From Camelus ferus (taxonomy: Eukaryota), in assembly GCF_009834535.1 (NCBI RefSeq), contig NC_045710.1, forward strand, positions 32,860,001-32,924,000: 64,000 nt of DNA, given 5' to 3'. Shown in pieces: positions 26,501-38,395 of the stretch. The notes under the pieces were generated by a model. It ran no database searches. It saw nothing but the letters and a program-made list of their open reading frames with translations, and was not told the DNA's origin. The stretch's first letter is position 1. The number at the start of each line of letters is the position of its first letter. Position numbers and translations under genes: made by a program.

Positions 26501-28769
26501 GCAGTAACCAGGAGGAGGGTATATGACTCTCAGCAGCAAACATTGCATGTTAAAGTCAATGAGCCATAATCAGATTAGGAATTTTTTTAAGAGTCCACCG
26601 GGTGTTTCATTGATGGCAAATTAATCAAGTGTTGCTTTTATTGGCTTGGCATACATAGGAAGGAATGAATACTATGCATAGCTTTCCAGAAGCACCCAAC
26701 TCTTGGGGCTCACACATGCAAACCCAATAGAGAACCCTTTCTTGGGTTTCCCTCCTCAGACTTCTATTTTCCCTTATTATCAGCCCCAGGAAAAAAGTAT
26801 TCCTTTTGCTAGGATTTACCATAGTGTGTTTTAGACTGAAGAGACTGTAGTTCTTTCCTTACCCTTGAAGTTTTGTACAAAATAATTGAAAGTCTTGGAG
26901 GAGTAGGACATGAGTCTTCATTTTTTGGTTTTATTTTGTTTTAAGAATAATTAGATTTTTCAAAAAGGGTTCAGCCAGCGCATCTGTTGTTGGCCTCTAA
27001 GCACATCTTTAAGATCCATGGCATGAATTTGCAAGAAGGAAGATTTTAAATATTAATAAGATGGGGAACTGGCTCTTTCATGGGAGCATTTTAGAATTCA
27101 CTAAAGCCCCAGCGAACCTTGGAGAACTTGGCCCCTCATCATCAGAGAGTGAGATTCCCTGGGGGCCTTTCTAGGCACAAGTACTTTCTACCTGAAGAGT
27201 GAACAAAGGACAAATGAAAGGTATTTGAACCTCCTAGGGGGTGGATGTAGATTTCAAACCTCCCCTAAGTTCTACCAAACCCACACAATCTCTTCCACGT
27301 TTCCCTGTGAGCTCAGTAGAGGGTGGTGCTGGTGGGGCCAAGGCATGGCCTTGTTTTGGTGTGACTCAATTATGTGTGACCTTGGTTGGTCTCAAGAAGG
27401 AAATGGCAAGAACTGTGTGTGAACTCAAGAATGTGAGAAAACTCAGAAGGGGATGTCCACCCCACCCCCATGGTAGTGACTTCTGTAGCGTGTGTACCCT
27501 CTGGGAACAGAATTGTCATCAGCCAGGAAAAGTAGGGACAATCTCTGAGTTTGTCTGAGGGAGCTCACTACTTACTGTGAAAAGAAGGTAGAACTTGGAG
27601 GGCCTGGAATGGTTCTGGGGCTCATGTGAGAAGAGATGTTTTTGTTGAGAAGGACAAATAGACAGAGAGGACCGATCTGGTATTTGGTGGATTTTGTGTT
27701 GGTCTTGTCTATCGCTACTTATTTTTTCTTTAAAGGTATCTAGGATGTGGTGTTCTTGGGGCAAGAGAGCAATAGTTTACTTCTATTTGTATTGAGGAGA
27801 TTTCTTACTTGAGAAAGGGAAGTCTGCAATAATAATGTTTTATTTCGGCAATTTTTACATCCTCTCACATTGAGGATTTCTTTAGCCAAATAGAGAATCT
27901 TAGCTGCTCTATACTTTTAAAAGAAGATAATATCAAAACATAATAAAGCCCATTACAGAGTGTGTTATTCACAAATCTACTTACTACTGCAGATAAAACT
28001 TCATATGCTAGCTGTGGGAAGGGAGGGTTGGTACCTTTCCTTCCCTACCATGAGTGGAAAGTTTGTAAGGACAGCTTTAGCTTTCTCTCTTAATGTCTAG
28101 TTTCTAACAGGGCTTTACTCTCTTTTTCAAAATTGTAACTCATTTTTAGTTAAACACTGGTACAATGATCAAAGTTTATCAACAACACGCATTTGACCAT
28201 TAAGCCTCTATTATTCAGCTAACATTTTGCAAGGACAGTGGAGGATGACAGGACCAGAATCAAGAAGCACTTGTACTCATATTAAATGGTCAAGACAGAA
28301 GTAGCTTCTGCTGTTGTTATTAAGACTGGTGTGTGCAAACATGCAGACTTAGATGACAACCATAAAAGACCACATAGGATTAAGGACCAAATGAGGGTTC
28401 AGACCATAAAGTGCAACTGGAAGAGAGAAAATCACTCTATAAATCATTTTTAGGTTTCTATCATTCCTTTAAAACCAGATGATTCAAATTCATCTCAGAT
28501 CCCTGAAGCTTTCATGGTTGTGTGTAGTAAACCAATCTGTCCACCAGCTGGAAAGTCAAGACACTCATAGGAATTATTTCCTGTGGGCCAGGTTTATTGC
28601 CAGCTGGAGTCCTCCGTGGTGGGCAGGTGAAGGCTGAGGGGAGAGTTGAGGCATCCTTAGAGCCTGGTAGGGGGCTGAGGTTGGCAGGGGGCAGTGGAGA
28701 GGGAAGGGAGACGCCAGGTCCTCAGAGAGTCCATCTGTGATCTATGATTTTGAACATGCACATGCGCCC

Positions 28770-28900
28770 CAGGAAGGAAAAACTTCAGGATACGAAGAGT
28801 GTTGTTTGGATGGTGGAGTTTTGAATGATTCTTCTTCCATACCTGTTCAATTTGTCCAATTTTCTTTAAGGATCTTGTATAGTGTTTATGATGAAAAGAA
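28770..28900 (+). mobile_element. Old L1ME-like 3' fragment
   Basis: The reverse complement aaagaaaattggacaaattgaacaggtatggaagaagaatcattcaaaactccaccatccaaac resembles the antisense L1ME 3' UTR. Confidence 0.45.
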
Positions 28901-30483
28901 GGTAGCTGTTTGAGAGATGTCACAGGCAGATGAAAACGAATGCCAGAGGGGGTGGCATGGACAGTGTGTGGGGTCATTGTGGGTCAAAGCCACAGGGAAG
29001 GTGTCTGTGGGTTAGAAACACGGGCTGGGCTGGGGAGGAGGGGTTGGAGCTGGTTAAAGTGTGTGGAGGGCATACACTGCTTCAGGGGCATAGAGGCGTC
29101 ACCAGGGAGAGCTGGCAGGATGTGGCAGTGGCCAGAGTGTCACAGCTGGGCCTGAACAGCCGCTCAGAGAGCATGTCAGAACAGTTAGGCTTGGAGCCAG
29201 GCTGTTTTGGCTTGATAAGGGGGTTTATGTAAATCAACGTTGTTATACGGAAACAGCTGGTTTCACTTTAGTTTAATTGAAAACAAAAGAACATCAGGTG
29301 GGGAGAAAAGAGGGGAGGTGGGTGGATGGAGGGGAGCAAGATGACGCCTCGGGCTTATGGGATGAGGTGGTCCAGACAACCTATCCGGGAAGGGAAAGCA
29401 GGCGGATGGACAGTCAGCATTGGTTCAGCTGAGAAGACCGGGTATGGGCAGGCTGGGTGGGGTCCTGCAGCACAGGCTTGGCCTCAGTGGTCCTCTTCCT
29501 TCCCAGAGCATGAGATCTCCAAATTACCTGGTCACACAAAGCACAGGAAAGCCTGTGTCTATGAAGGTGTTTGACTTCCTCCCTCAGTCTCGCTTGATCT
29601 GCTGCCTTTCCTTGTTAATGCCTCGTTTTTTGGCTTGAATTGAGGGCTTCTCCTCTGGGAGAGAGCCCACGCCCCTCCTCCTGCCCCTCTTTCCTGAGGT
29701 GAGCCAGCATCCGTGGGGTGCCCAGTGATGTCGGTTCACGCTTTGGAGAATACTGAGAAAATCGAGTGTGGGGAGGGCTACAAGGAGAAAAAAATCCCTG
29801 GAAAAGTAAGGAGATGGCCCAGGAGAACACAGACTGTTGTTGGGAGCTGCCTTTCTTTTTTTAAATCCAGGCTTTCTGTGGCTGTAGGCTGGGGGCTGGA
29901 GAAAAGCACACGGTGAACAGCCTGCAGACATTTGTCACAGTGTGCATGGGATCTATTCTGACAAATGAAAGCAGAGGCAATAAATGTGAGAACCTCCCCA
30001 AAGAGGTAAACAAACCCATGTGCAAAGTCCTCCCCATTTAGGCAAGTGCTTGTGTGTCCATTAGGTGGGAAAGGAGGCGGTGGATGGAGGGAGGGCCCTC
30101 TTGTCCTGACCCTGCTCGGTGCCCAGTGACCCTGCACTGGCCAGTGGCTCTCCTGTGGCTTTGTTTCCACATGCAGGCATGGGATGGGGCCCAGTTCAGG
30201 CAGCTGCAGCCCCACCCTCTTCATGTCCTGCAGCCCAAGGTGGGTGGGACAAGAACTAGCAGCCCCCAACCAAGGAAGGTAAGTGCACAGCTTTGCTCTT
30301 TGACATTCAAGCAGAGCTAAGCAATCTCACAATCAAGTTTCTCTTTGACAAGAGAGAAACTTTGCTCCCATGGTCTAATGGAAGAAAGTCAAGTGTCATC
30401 AGCTTGAGGCTAAAAATTCAGAAGATGAGTGTATGCGGAGGCCTCAGCTTGAGACTTTCCAACTGTCCAATGATTAACCAACT

Positions 30484-31358
30484 AGGGGAATGTAAAATGA
30501 TGCAGCTGTTTTGAAAAATAGTCTGGCAGTCCCTCAAATGATTATACACAGAGTTACCATCTGACCCGGTGGTTCCACTCCTAGGTATGTTCCTGAGAGA
30601 AATGAGAACATATGTTCACACAAAATTTGTTTCCAACAGCATTCTTCATAATAGCCAAAAAGCAGAAACGACCCAAATGTCCACCAACTGTTGAGTGGAT
30701 GAATAAAATGTGGAATATTTGTACAAGGAAATATTATAGAGCCATAAAAGGGAATGAAGTACTGATACACACTGACATCGTGGATGAGCCTTGAATGTTG
30801 TGTGTAAATAAATAGAAGTCAGACACAAAAGACCTTGTGTTGCATGATTTTGCTCATATGAAATGTCCAGAATAGGGAGGTCTGTAGAGACAGAAAAACA
30901 GGTAAAGTGGTTGCCTGAACTGGATGTGGGAATTGGAGGGTTGGGGTGATAGTTAAAAGATAGGATCTTTTTGAGGTGATGAAAGTGTTCTAAAATGGAC
31001 TGTGGTTATGATTGCATGTATCTGTAAATATACTAAAACAAAACCCATTGCATTTTACAGATAAAATGAGTGAACTCATGGTATGTGAATTACAGTTGGC
31101 CTTTCATATGATCGGGTGGAGGGGATAGGGCTCCATATCCTCAAATTCAACTAAGCAATCAGAAATTCTATCCTCAGTTGGTTAAATTGATGGAAGCAGG
31201 AACTCTCTGGATACAGAGGGCCAACTGTACCATGCCATATTGCATAAGGAACTCGGGTATCCAAGGATTTTGGTATCTGTGATGGGTCCTGGTATCAATC
31301 CCCCATGAATACCGAGGGCCAAGTGTACACCTCAATAAAGTTGTTTTTTTAAAAAACC
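30484..31358 (+). mobile_element. L1MB7/L1MB8-like 3' end, interrupted by a Tigger element
   Basis: ORF2 C-terminal homology (ORF 30612: FFIIAKKQKRPKCPPTVEWMNKMWNI), 3' UTR atatgaaatgtccagaataggg, terminus ggtatgtgaatta[insert]cacctcaataaag. Confidence 0.93.
31093..31325 (-). mobile_element. Tigger-family MITE (MER8/MER2-like) nested in L1MB
   Basis: Termini cagttggcc ... ggccaagtg, flanked by TA on both sides, with an internal second terminus gagggccaactgta; 233 bp. Confidence 0.88.
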
Positions 31359-31889
31359 AACCCAATGTCCCTGCCTCCCTCCTACCCCTTCTGTCCTGCC
31401 TCTTCTCCCCCTCCCCTACCCCAAGCACAGGCCTGTAGTTAGGCATTCCCAACCACCAGCCAGGCTCTCAGCTCTTCTCTGCTGAGCTGAGGGGAGGCTC
31501 ACACACTGTAGGACATAAGTGAGATGCAAGGAAGTCTACAAATGGCCCTACCCTAAAAAGTTTACTTAAAAATATTGTCATACAATAGCTGGATTAGGCA
31601 GAGGTCTTTAGTGAACCAAAGGAGGCTGAAGAATATGGGCCAGAGAAAGGTGTTGGGATTGGAGGCAGCAGCGGGTATTTTACATGGCAAAGCCCCAAGA
31701 AGAATTCCTGAAGTTCTTGCAAAGCATAGACTTGGTGCCCAGGGGGCAATGTATGCAGAGTGGGAGTTGCTGAAATTCTTACAGCTTCTGAGAGATACTG
31801 TGGCCAAGGATTATAGAAAATAAAAATAAGGTACAGTGTCATAAAAAGGGTTGGCAGGGTCCTCTTAAAAGAAAAGATGAGGAAATGGT

Positions 31890-32130
31890 GATTGTTTGAC
31901 TTTAATTGAGCACTTATTCCAGGTCAGGCACTGTTTTGTAAGTTTTGTACGTATTAGCATTTTTGTTCCTCACAACAAGCCAACGAGTTATTTGCTATTA
32001 CTATTCCCATTTTCGCCATTAGGAAACTCAGGCACAAGTGATTGGGTCATTTGCCCAAGGTCATATGGCTGGTAAGTGGTAGAGCTGGAAGAAATTGACA
32101 AGGTGGTCCTAGTGGCCGGAGCCCCTGGAC
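31890..32130 (-). mobile_element. MIR SINE, near full length
   Basis: ttaattgagcacttattccaggtcaggcactg...cctcacaacaa...ggaaactcaggcaca...ttgcccaaggtcatatggctggtaagtggtagagctgga. Confidence 0.9.
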
Positions 32131-32261
32131 CCATTGTTTCTGGCCATGAGCAACTTTGTTCAGTTACCTCTGTGTGCTGATCAAACGTCATGGCTTTGCA
32201 CACACCCCATTTTATTACAAAGATGAAGTTACAAATGCCATCAGGTCATGGTCCTTCTGTG

Positions 32262-32368
32262 AGACCTCTGAGGGGAGAACTAAGGTTGTCTTCATTTTGG
32301 TGTCTCCTGGTGTGATGCCTGCTGGCTTATGGAAAGGGCTCAATACATATTTATTGCATTGGACTGAG
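32262..32368 (+). mobile_element. L2 3' terminus
   Basis: gagacctctgaggggagaactaaggttgtcttcattttggtgtctcc...gctcaatacatatttattg. Confidence 0.7.
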
Positions 32369-32462
32369 TTAGTTTGGTTGTATAGTAAAGGAGGCAGATG
32401 GTTTTTAATATTTGGTTTAGAATTGAGCATAGAATTATAATTATAAAAAATATTTATCCACA

Positions 32463-32612
32463 TAAGGGAACTATATTCATTATCTTGTAATAACCTGTGA
32501 TGAAAAAGAAACTGTAAAAGAATATATATGTATAACTGAATCAGTTTGCTGTCCACCTGAAACTAACACAACATTGTAAATCAACTATACTTTGATGGAA
32601 AAAGAAAAAATT
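32463..32612 (+). mobile_element. Young cetartiodactyl-type L1 3' terminus, 5'-truncated to about 150 bp
   Basis: agggaactatattcattatcttgtaataacc...aagaatatatatgtataactgaatca...cctgaaactaacacaacattgtaaatcaactatact plus an A-rich tail. Confidence 0.9.
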
Positions 32613-33224
32613 CTATTCGTATGTGCCCTTATATGGAGAAAATGACTCAGGTTCAAAAGAGATTACAGGTGGGCAGGTGTTCTGAGATCTCAAAAATAAA
32701 CTGCATAGAGGGTGTCTTCCTCATTGAGACTTGTTTTTCTTAAGGAAACCCAGTGTTGTGAATGTGGTTGCTAATGATCTGATGTTCCTCTGGGAGGTCG
32801 AGTGGAAAGATCTGGGGTGGAGATGGCATGAGTGTTGACATCAATTTGAGTTTTTCTCTGATCCTAGGGGATTGCTGTGGCCTGGATCATTAAAATCCAT
32901 AGAATTGGTTCAGGACACAGACTAGTTAAGACCTACTACAAAGGTTCTGTCTCTGAGGGACACTCTGGATTAGTGTGAATTGCTTTTCCTATACTTCCCA
33001 TTGCCCAGCTTTCAGGCAAGAGGTGAGTAAACTGGGCAATAAGAAAATAAGAGTCTTCTCTCTTGCTTCCCTTGTCCTGCAGCTCTGCCCTGCACGTGTT
33101 GACTGTTTCACGTTGTTTGATGCATTGGCCTCTCTCTCCATGCATTTTAGTCTCTTTCTAGGGCAGCTGTCTTGATTTACCACAGTATTAACACACCAGC
33201 TCCACAGAAAGGCAAAACTTCCTC

Positions 33225-33365
33225 CAGACACATGTTTTCTCATCTGACCTTCACAATAACCCCGAGTTGAGCAGGACAAGCACTCTTGTCCCTCTTTTAT
33301 GCATGAAGCTAGGGAAGTCCTTTTCTCAAGTTCCAGAGCTGGTTAGTGGTAGAGGTCTCCACTGT
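33225..33365 (-). mobile_element. MIR SINE fragment
   Basis: tctcatctgaccttcacaataacccc...tctcaagttccagagctggttagtggtagag. Confidence 0.6.
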
Positions 33366-34764
33366 CCACAATCAGAACGTGCCCTCTCATCCTATATTCT
33401 TGTTTCTATCCGTTACAGCATCTGGGAAAGCTCGAGCTGCAGAGAAATCTGTCAAATCATGATTTCAGGAATCCCCGTTAGCTCTCTCTTTATATTTAGG
33501 GTGATTCAATAAGAAAGAGCTGGGCTAGAGGCGCCTAATTTTTTGTATTGGGTGAGCCACCAACTGACCATGAGCCTTTCTGAAAGCAATCCCCATGGCA
33601 CCCTCAAGGGGCATAGCATCTAGAGAGGAAGACAGAGAGGAAGAAGTTAAGTGCAAGGAGGTGCTTCAGCACTCCCTGGAGCTGTAACCTGTGCCTCATT
33701 TTGAATTCCTCCTTTAACTTTGGACAGCCTGCTGCCCACTCCCCTCCCACTGATTGTCTGCATGAAACCCTTCCTCCTGGGCTGCCCTCATCCCAAGCCC
33801 ATCTGGCCGGCCTCTGCTTGGCAGCTGGCTGCCCAGGGTGCCTCCAGCTCAGACCCTGAGCTTCCCACCAGGCCAGAGCCGCTCTTTAATAGAGACACGC
33901 AGGCTGATCCTCCAGCGCGTGTTGCTAAGCAGCTGGCTTTTGGTTGCCTGGAGATTATCATGGAGTTGAGACCGTACAGTGGAAGCAAGCAGTCTCATCC
34001 TGCGCTGGGATGTGCTCGAGCGCCCAAGAACCATCAAACCTTTTTCCTGAAGCTCTGATTTTATGTTAAATCCCTGAAACTTGAGGATACAGCCTTCACA
34101 TATTAGTCATTGGAAATAATAAGTGCACAAAAGATCATGTTCTGACATCCCTGGGTTTATTGGGATTGGCAGTTCTTCAGGATATAAGAGGGGAGAAAAT
34201 ACCACACACCTCCTGTAAAGCAGAATAAAGGGAAGGAGCAGAAATTGAGCCTTGGTGCTTACAATGGAGGGGAGGAAAAATGCTTTTGAATTTTCCTCAG
34301 AGTGACTATTTACATGTATCGAGAGAAATAATTAAAGGAGTAGGCCTGGGTGGAGAGCATTTCAGTAAGTTCATATGGGTGAGACTTTGGCACTAAAAGT
34401 CTTTCAGAAAATGCAAAAATTATAGGTCCCTGGACCCCTGGGCTGATGTTGTGACACATTTACCTCTTCTTGTGGTTTTTACAGCTTTCAGATCTGGAGA
34501 TAGGGGTGCTGGATAATTCGGGAGGATTTAAACAGTCCTTCCTCCCCAAATGTGCGTGTGTGCCCAGAACAGTGTCCAGGAGGAGAGCTGAGAACCCCCC
34601 TCCCCAAGACTCACAGAGTAGGGTCTGGAGGTCTAGGGAGGAGATTCCATGTGGGATCAGTGGTCAGTAGGCTCTGTGACTCTGGCCTGCAGATTGTCAT
34701 TTTGACACTGGCCTTGGAGGTAGGGCAGACAAAGCCCAGGGGCTCCTCCGGTTTCTATCAGCCA

Positions 34765-35115
34765 GCCAAGTGTGCTTATGGCCTCTCCTGTGTTCCCAGC
34801 CCTGGTTCAGACATGGCAGATATAGGAACATAAGACACGTGGTTTCTGCCCCCAGACTAGTTGAGAAGACACACATTAAACAATGTATAATGGTGTATAG
34901 TTAAGCACTGACTTTTGCAGCACAGACTTTGCAAGTTAGGAACACAGAGCAAAGAGCTCGCTTAGGATTCAAGGGGTTGAGAAGATGCCATGGGAGGTGG
35001 GGCTGGAGCTACCCTTGGAGGATGGATTTCTATGAGCAGAGGGGAAGGAGGGAGGAAATTCCAGGCAGGAGGAGCCAGGTAAGCAAAGATGAGAGATTGG
35101 TATGAGCTTGGAAAG
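34765..35115 (-). mobile_element. L2 3' region
   Basis: ctgtgttcccagccctggttcagacatgg...ggggctggagctacccttggaggatgg...aaattccaggcaggaggagccaggtaagcaaagatg. Confidence 0.7.
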
Positions 35116-35699
35116 TAATAGGAATGGAGGGGAACCACGCCCACCAGAGCAGAATATTCCTAGGTGCAGCAGGCAGTGTGGAGAGAGGGGGTTAGGAGAA
35201 GCGTCAAGAAGAGTGGTGTGAATAAATCAACATTTATACATGAGTTTGCTATGTCTAGGCTCTTTGGAGATGTTGAGGAGGGTGTGAACACTCCCTCTGT
35301 AGGCCTGGATTCCCAATAAACAAATGGACCCAACCAACTGGGCCACATTCTCCCTTCCTTCCTGTGACTTAAGTCTGCAGGAACTTCGACGGGAGCCTCT
35401 CCTTGTGGGTGGGGAACAGGCAGTGGAATTGACTCTTCACGCCTGACCATCTTAGTTGCTAAGTAATTGGTTTCTTGATCATTGGAACAAAGGGAAACAA
35501 GTATACTTCTTCTTGGAAAGAGGTAAAACAAGTATGTCCACTGCCAGAAGAAAGCAGTCCTCATGCTCAGTGTGAGATTACCAGACCAGTTGTTTTTGCA
35601 TAGGGAGGTGAAGGACTGAGGGCAGAGGACATGTTAAGAAAACTGTGATTGCTGGGGTCAGTTGAAAGGAAGCATTCGTAACGGTGGTGGGTGTTCTAT

Positions 35700-35930
35700 G
35701 GAGACAGCATGGCAAAGAGCTTGGAAATGCAGCCTCCTACCCAGACTGGACCAGGGCTCTGCCACTTCTCAGCAGTGGGGGCCCTTGGGCTGGTTATTTA
35801 AGGCACTAGGGAAAATTCTGTTATCCACCCCCCTGCTTCATGGAGTTGTTGTAATTCTTACAGGGTTGAATACACAGAAAATGTTTAGAAGAGTACTTGG
35901 CAAATAGTACATGCTCAAGGAAATGTTAGA
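35700..35930 (+). mobile_element. MIR SINE
   Basis: acagcatggcaaagagc...ggctctgccacttctcagcagtgg...ttcatggagttgttgt...ttagaagagtacttggcaaatagtacatgctcaaggaaatgttag. Confidence 0.8.
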
Positions 35931-37384
35931 GACGCCATTTTTTTTTTTTACTGGCCTAAGAATAAAGGGGATGTTTTCATGCTATATTCGTTGCAGCAAA
36001 GAGTTCCCCAGAAACTGATTGATGGGGGAAGAAAGGCTGAATGCAGAACATGGATTGAGGGCAGATATGGTGAAGGGCATAGGCCAGTTACCAAAGCCAG
36101 GCCTGGGCTGTGCAAAAACCAGCAGAGCTCTGGATGCCCCAGCCAGCTGAGATGTGGACAGCTCTGAGCAGAGAAGACAAGGGGCCAGCCTGAGGGCCCA
36201 TGGAAGTCAGGGCTGAGCAGCCAGAATTCTTGGGTTGCTCAGTGAATGGAAACTGGGGAACATGGAAGAGCATCAGGGCAGATGATGTTTGGCTGAGTGT
36301 CTTAGGTATCCAATCCTGCCTCAAGGGTAAATTCGCTAAATTCTTTGAGTGGAGAGAAATGTCGGGAGCCTGATATCGGGCAACCAGAATTGAGGACTTA
36401 AATGTTCTTTAAGATATTCAGTTTCTCATTGAAACATATGACTTGGACTGAAGAATGAAGTTTTCCCCCTTTCCTTTCTAACCTACCCTATAAGCGAGCA
36501 AATTGTCCTGATAGCTTATTTCACCTGACCTTGCTAAGCATCCTGCCTTTTTATCATCAGTTATTATCAGCAGGTATTTACTGTGTACCTAAGAGATACC
36601 CAGCTCAGCAATGAACCTAAGGAAGAACTCTGAAGCACAGGCTCAGGGAGCTCATGGGCTGGTCAAGGATCACTTAGACAGAGCTTACTTTTCTCAAGAG
36701 CTCAGGTCTGTGATGTTGATGAGAGAAAGTTGCTGTCAATCACTGAGGGCTGGGAAAGCCTGGGCTAACCTCCAGCAAAGGCAGGATTTGGGCACGGACA
36801 TCAAGGTTTTCCATAAGCAGACAGAATGATGGGGTAGACATTCTGGGCCCCCAGGCAGGGCTTCCCTGAGGGTAGGGTTCAGTCGAGGGGGTGGTCAAGG
36901 CAAAGTTAAGTGGGTGGAATCAGATTAGGAGAATTCCGTAGGCAGAATGTTAGAAGTCTCCGTGCCATCCACTTTGGGTTGGGAATTTCTAGAAGAGCAT
37001 TTTGCCAGTTTCTCTTGCATCCCAGGAAACATGGGACTTGAATCGCACAGACTGTACAGTATAAATAACTCAGAAATTGTGAGAAATGACAAGGTTGGCA
37101 GGCATGAATTCTCAGTCTGCTGCTCAGCAGCTGACTGAGTTTGCTGGGGCTGGCAGTCATATGCATGGGAACTTGGTTGGCTAATTTTGAATTCTTTCTC
37201 TGGAGCCCTGGCCAAGGATGTATGGGGCAGAGGGGTTATCCTCTTCATTTCAGAGCAACCGCCGTATATAACCACCACCTTTAGAGATAAGTCTGACACA
37301 AATACATTTCCATTACACTAGCAGGTCAGGAAGGAACTAGTGAATTCAGTGAGTACCCACATCCTAAGGATCCTGTGTGTGGTG

Positions 37385-37665
37385 TGAAGATGGTGATAGT
37401 GGTGGTGGTAACTGGGATGATGATGGTGGCAGCAGTGATTGTGGTGGTGATGGTAGTGATGATAGTGGTAGTGGTGATGGTGGTAGGAGTAATGATAGTA
37501 GGGATGGTAATGGTGGTGGTGATGATGGTGGTGGCAGTTATGATAATGGAGATGGTGATGATAATAGTAATGATGTTAAAGGTGATGGTTATGGAGGTGG
37601 TGGTGATGTGATGTAGTAATGCTGATGATGGTGTTGGTGATGATGGTAGTTGTGGTTGTAGTGGC
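37385..37665. repeat. Degenerate (GGT/GAT/AGT/AAT)n trinucleotide low-complexity tract
   Basis: Visible period-3 array gatggtgatagtggtggtggt...; it explains the V/M-rich and G/D-rich ORFs 37375 and 37377. Confidence 0.95.
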
Positions 37666-37689
37666 GAGAACGATGAGAATGAAGAGGCA

Positions 37690-37815
37690 GAGACCTTGTA
37701 CTTACACAGTACTGGCAGGTTAGGTAGCTCTTCTATACAAGTAATCCTTACTTGAGCCTAAAGCAAAACCGTGAGGTGGGCAGAGCAGGGGTTGTTATCA
37801 CCAGCTGAAAGATGG
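37690..37815 (-). mobile_element. MIR SINE fragment adjoining the trinucleotide tract
   Basis: gtacttacacagtactggcagg...ccctaaagcaaaaccgtgaggtggg...gttatcaccagctgaaagatgg. Confidence 0.5.
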
Positions 37816-38229
37816 ATGCTGGGATTCAGATTTGTAAGCCAGGGTTTATTTTGTTTTGTTTGACTGGGTTGTTTTGTTTGTTTTATACCACTGTGTCTCT
37901 TACCAATGAGCGTCCAGTGTAAAGCGCTGACAGTCACAGAAGTGCTCAGACAGAGAAGGGCGCCTGGTGGCCAGAGCCACCGGAAAGGGTTTCTGGAAAT
38001 AGAATTTGAGCTTAGAAGTTTAGGCGGAAACGGTAGGACACGGGGTAGTCAGAGGTGCTAAAATGTATATACCTGCGTGAGTGAGTGTGTGTGTTGTGGG
38101 GAGGGGTGTTGCCAGAGAAAAAGGATAGTAAGATAAAGCTGTAATTTGTGAACTAGCAAATCTTGTTGGATTTCCCTTGGATTGGAACCTAGAGAAGAGA
38201 AGGAAATTAATATTCCCTGACCACTGCTT

Positions 38230-38395
38230 CATGTGCTAGGCCCCGTGCTTTTTAGATACCTTTAAAAACATGTCCTTTTATGTGCCCTATCTGATTGAAT
38301 CCTCACAGCCTCCCTGTGCAGCAGATAATATTGTCTCCATTTTACACAGTTGAAAACTGACGCATAAACAAAATAAATACCTTCCTCAGAATGTC
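38230..38395 (-). mobile_element. MIR SINE
   Basis: atgtgctaggccccgtgct...tctgattgaatcctcacagcctccctgtg...tccatttacacagttgaaaactga. Confidence 0.7.

Noticed and set aside
37375-37616. V/M-rich and G/D-rich ORFs as membrane or glycine-rich proteins
   Set aside because: Direct translations of a degenerate trinucleotide repeat.
37965-37982. CTCF site (TGGCCACCAGG on the minus strand), and similar partial matches at about 18190, 46430 and 52600
   Set aside because: Each lacks near-invariant core positions of the motif, so none can be supported without a weight-matrix scan.
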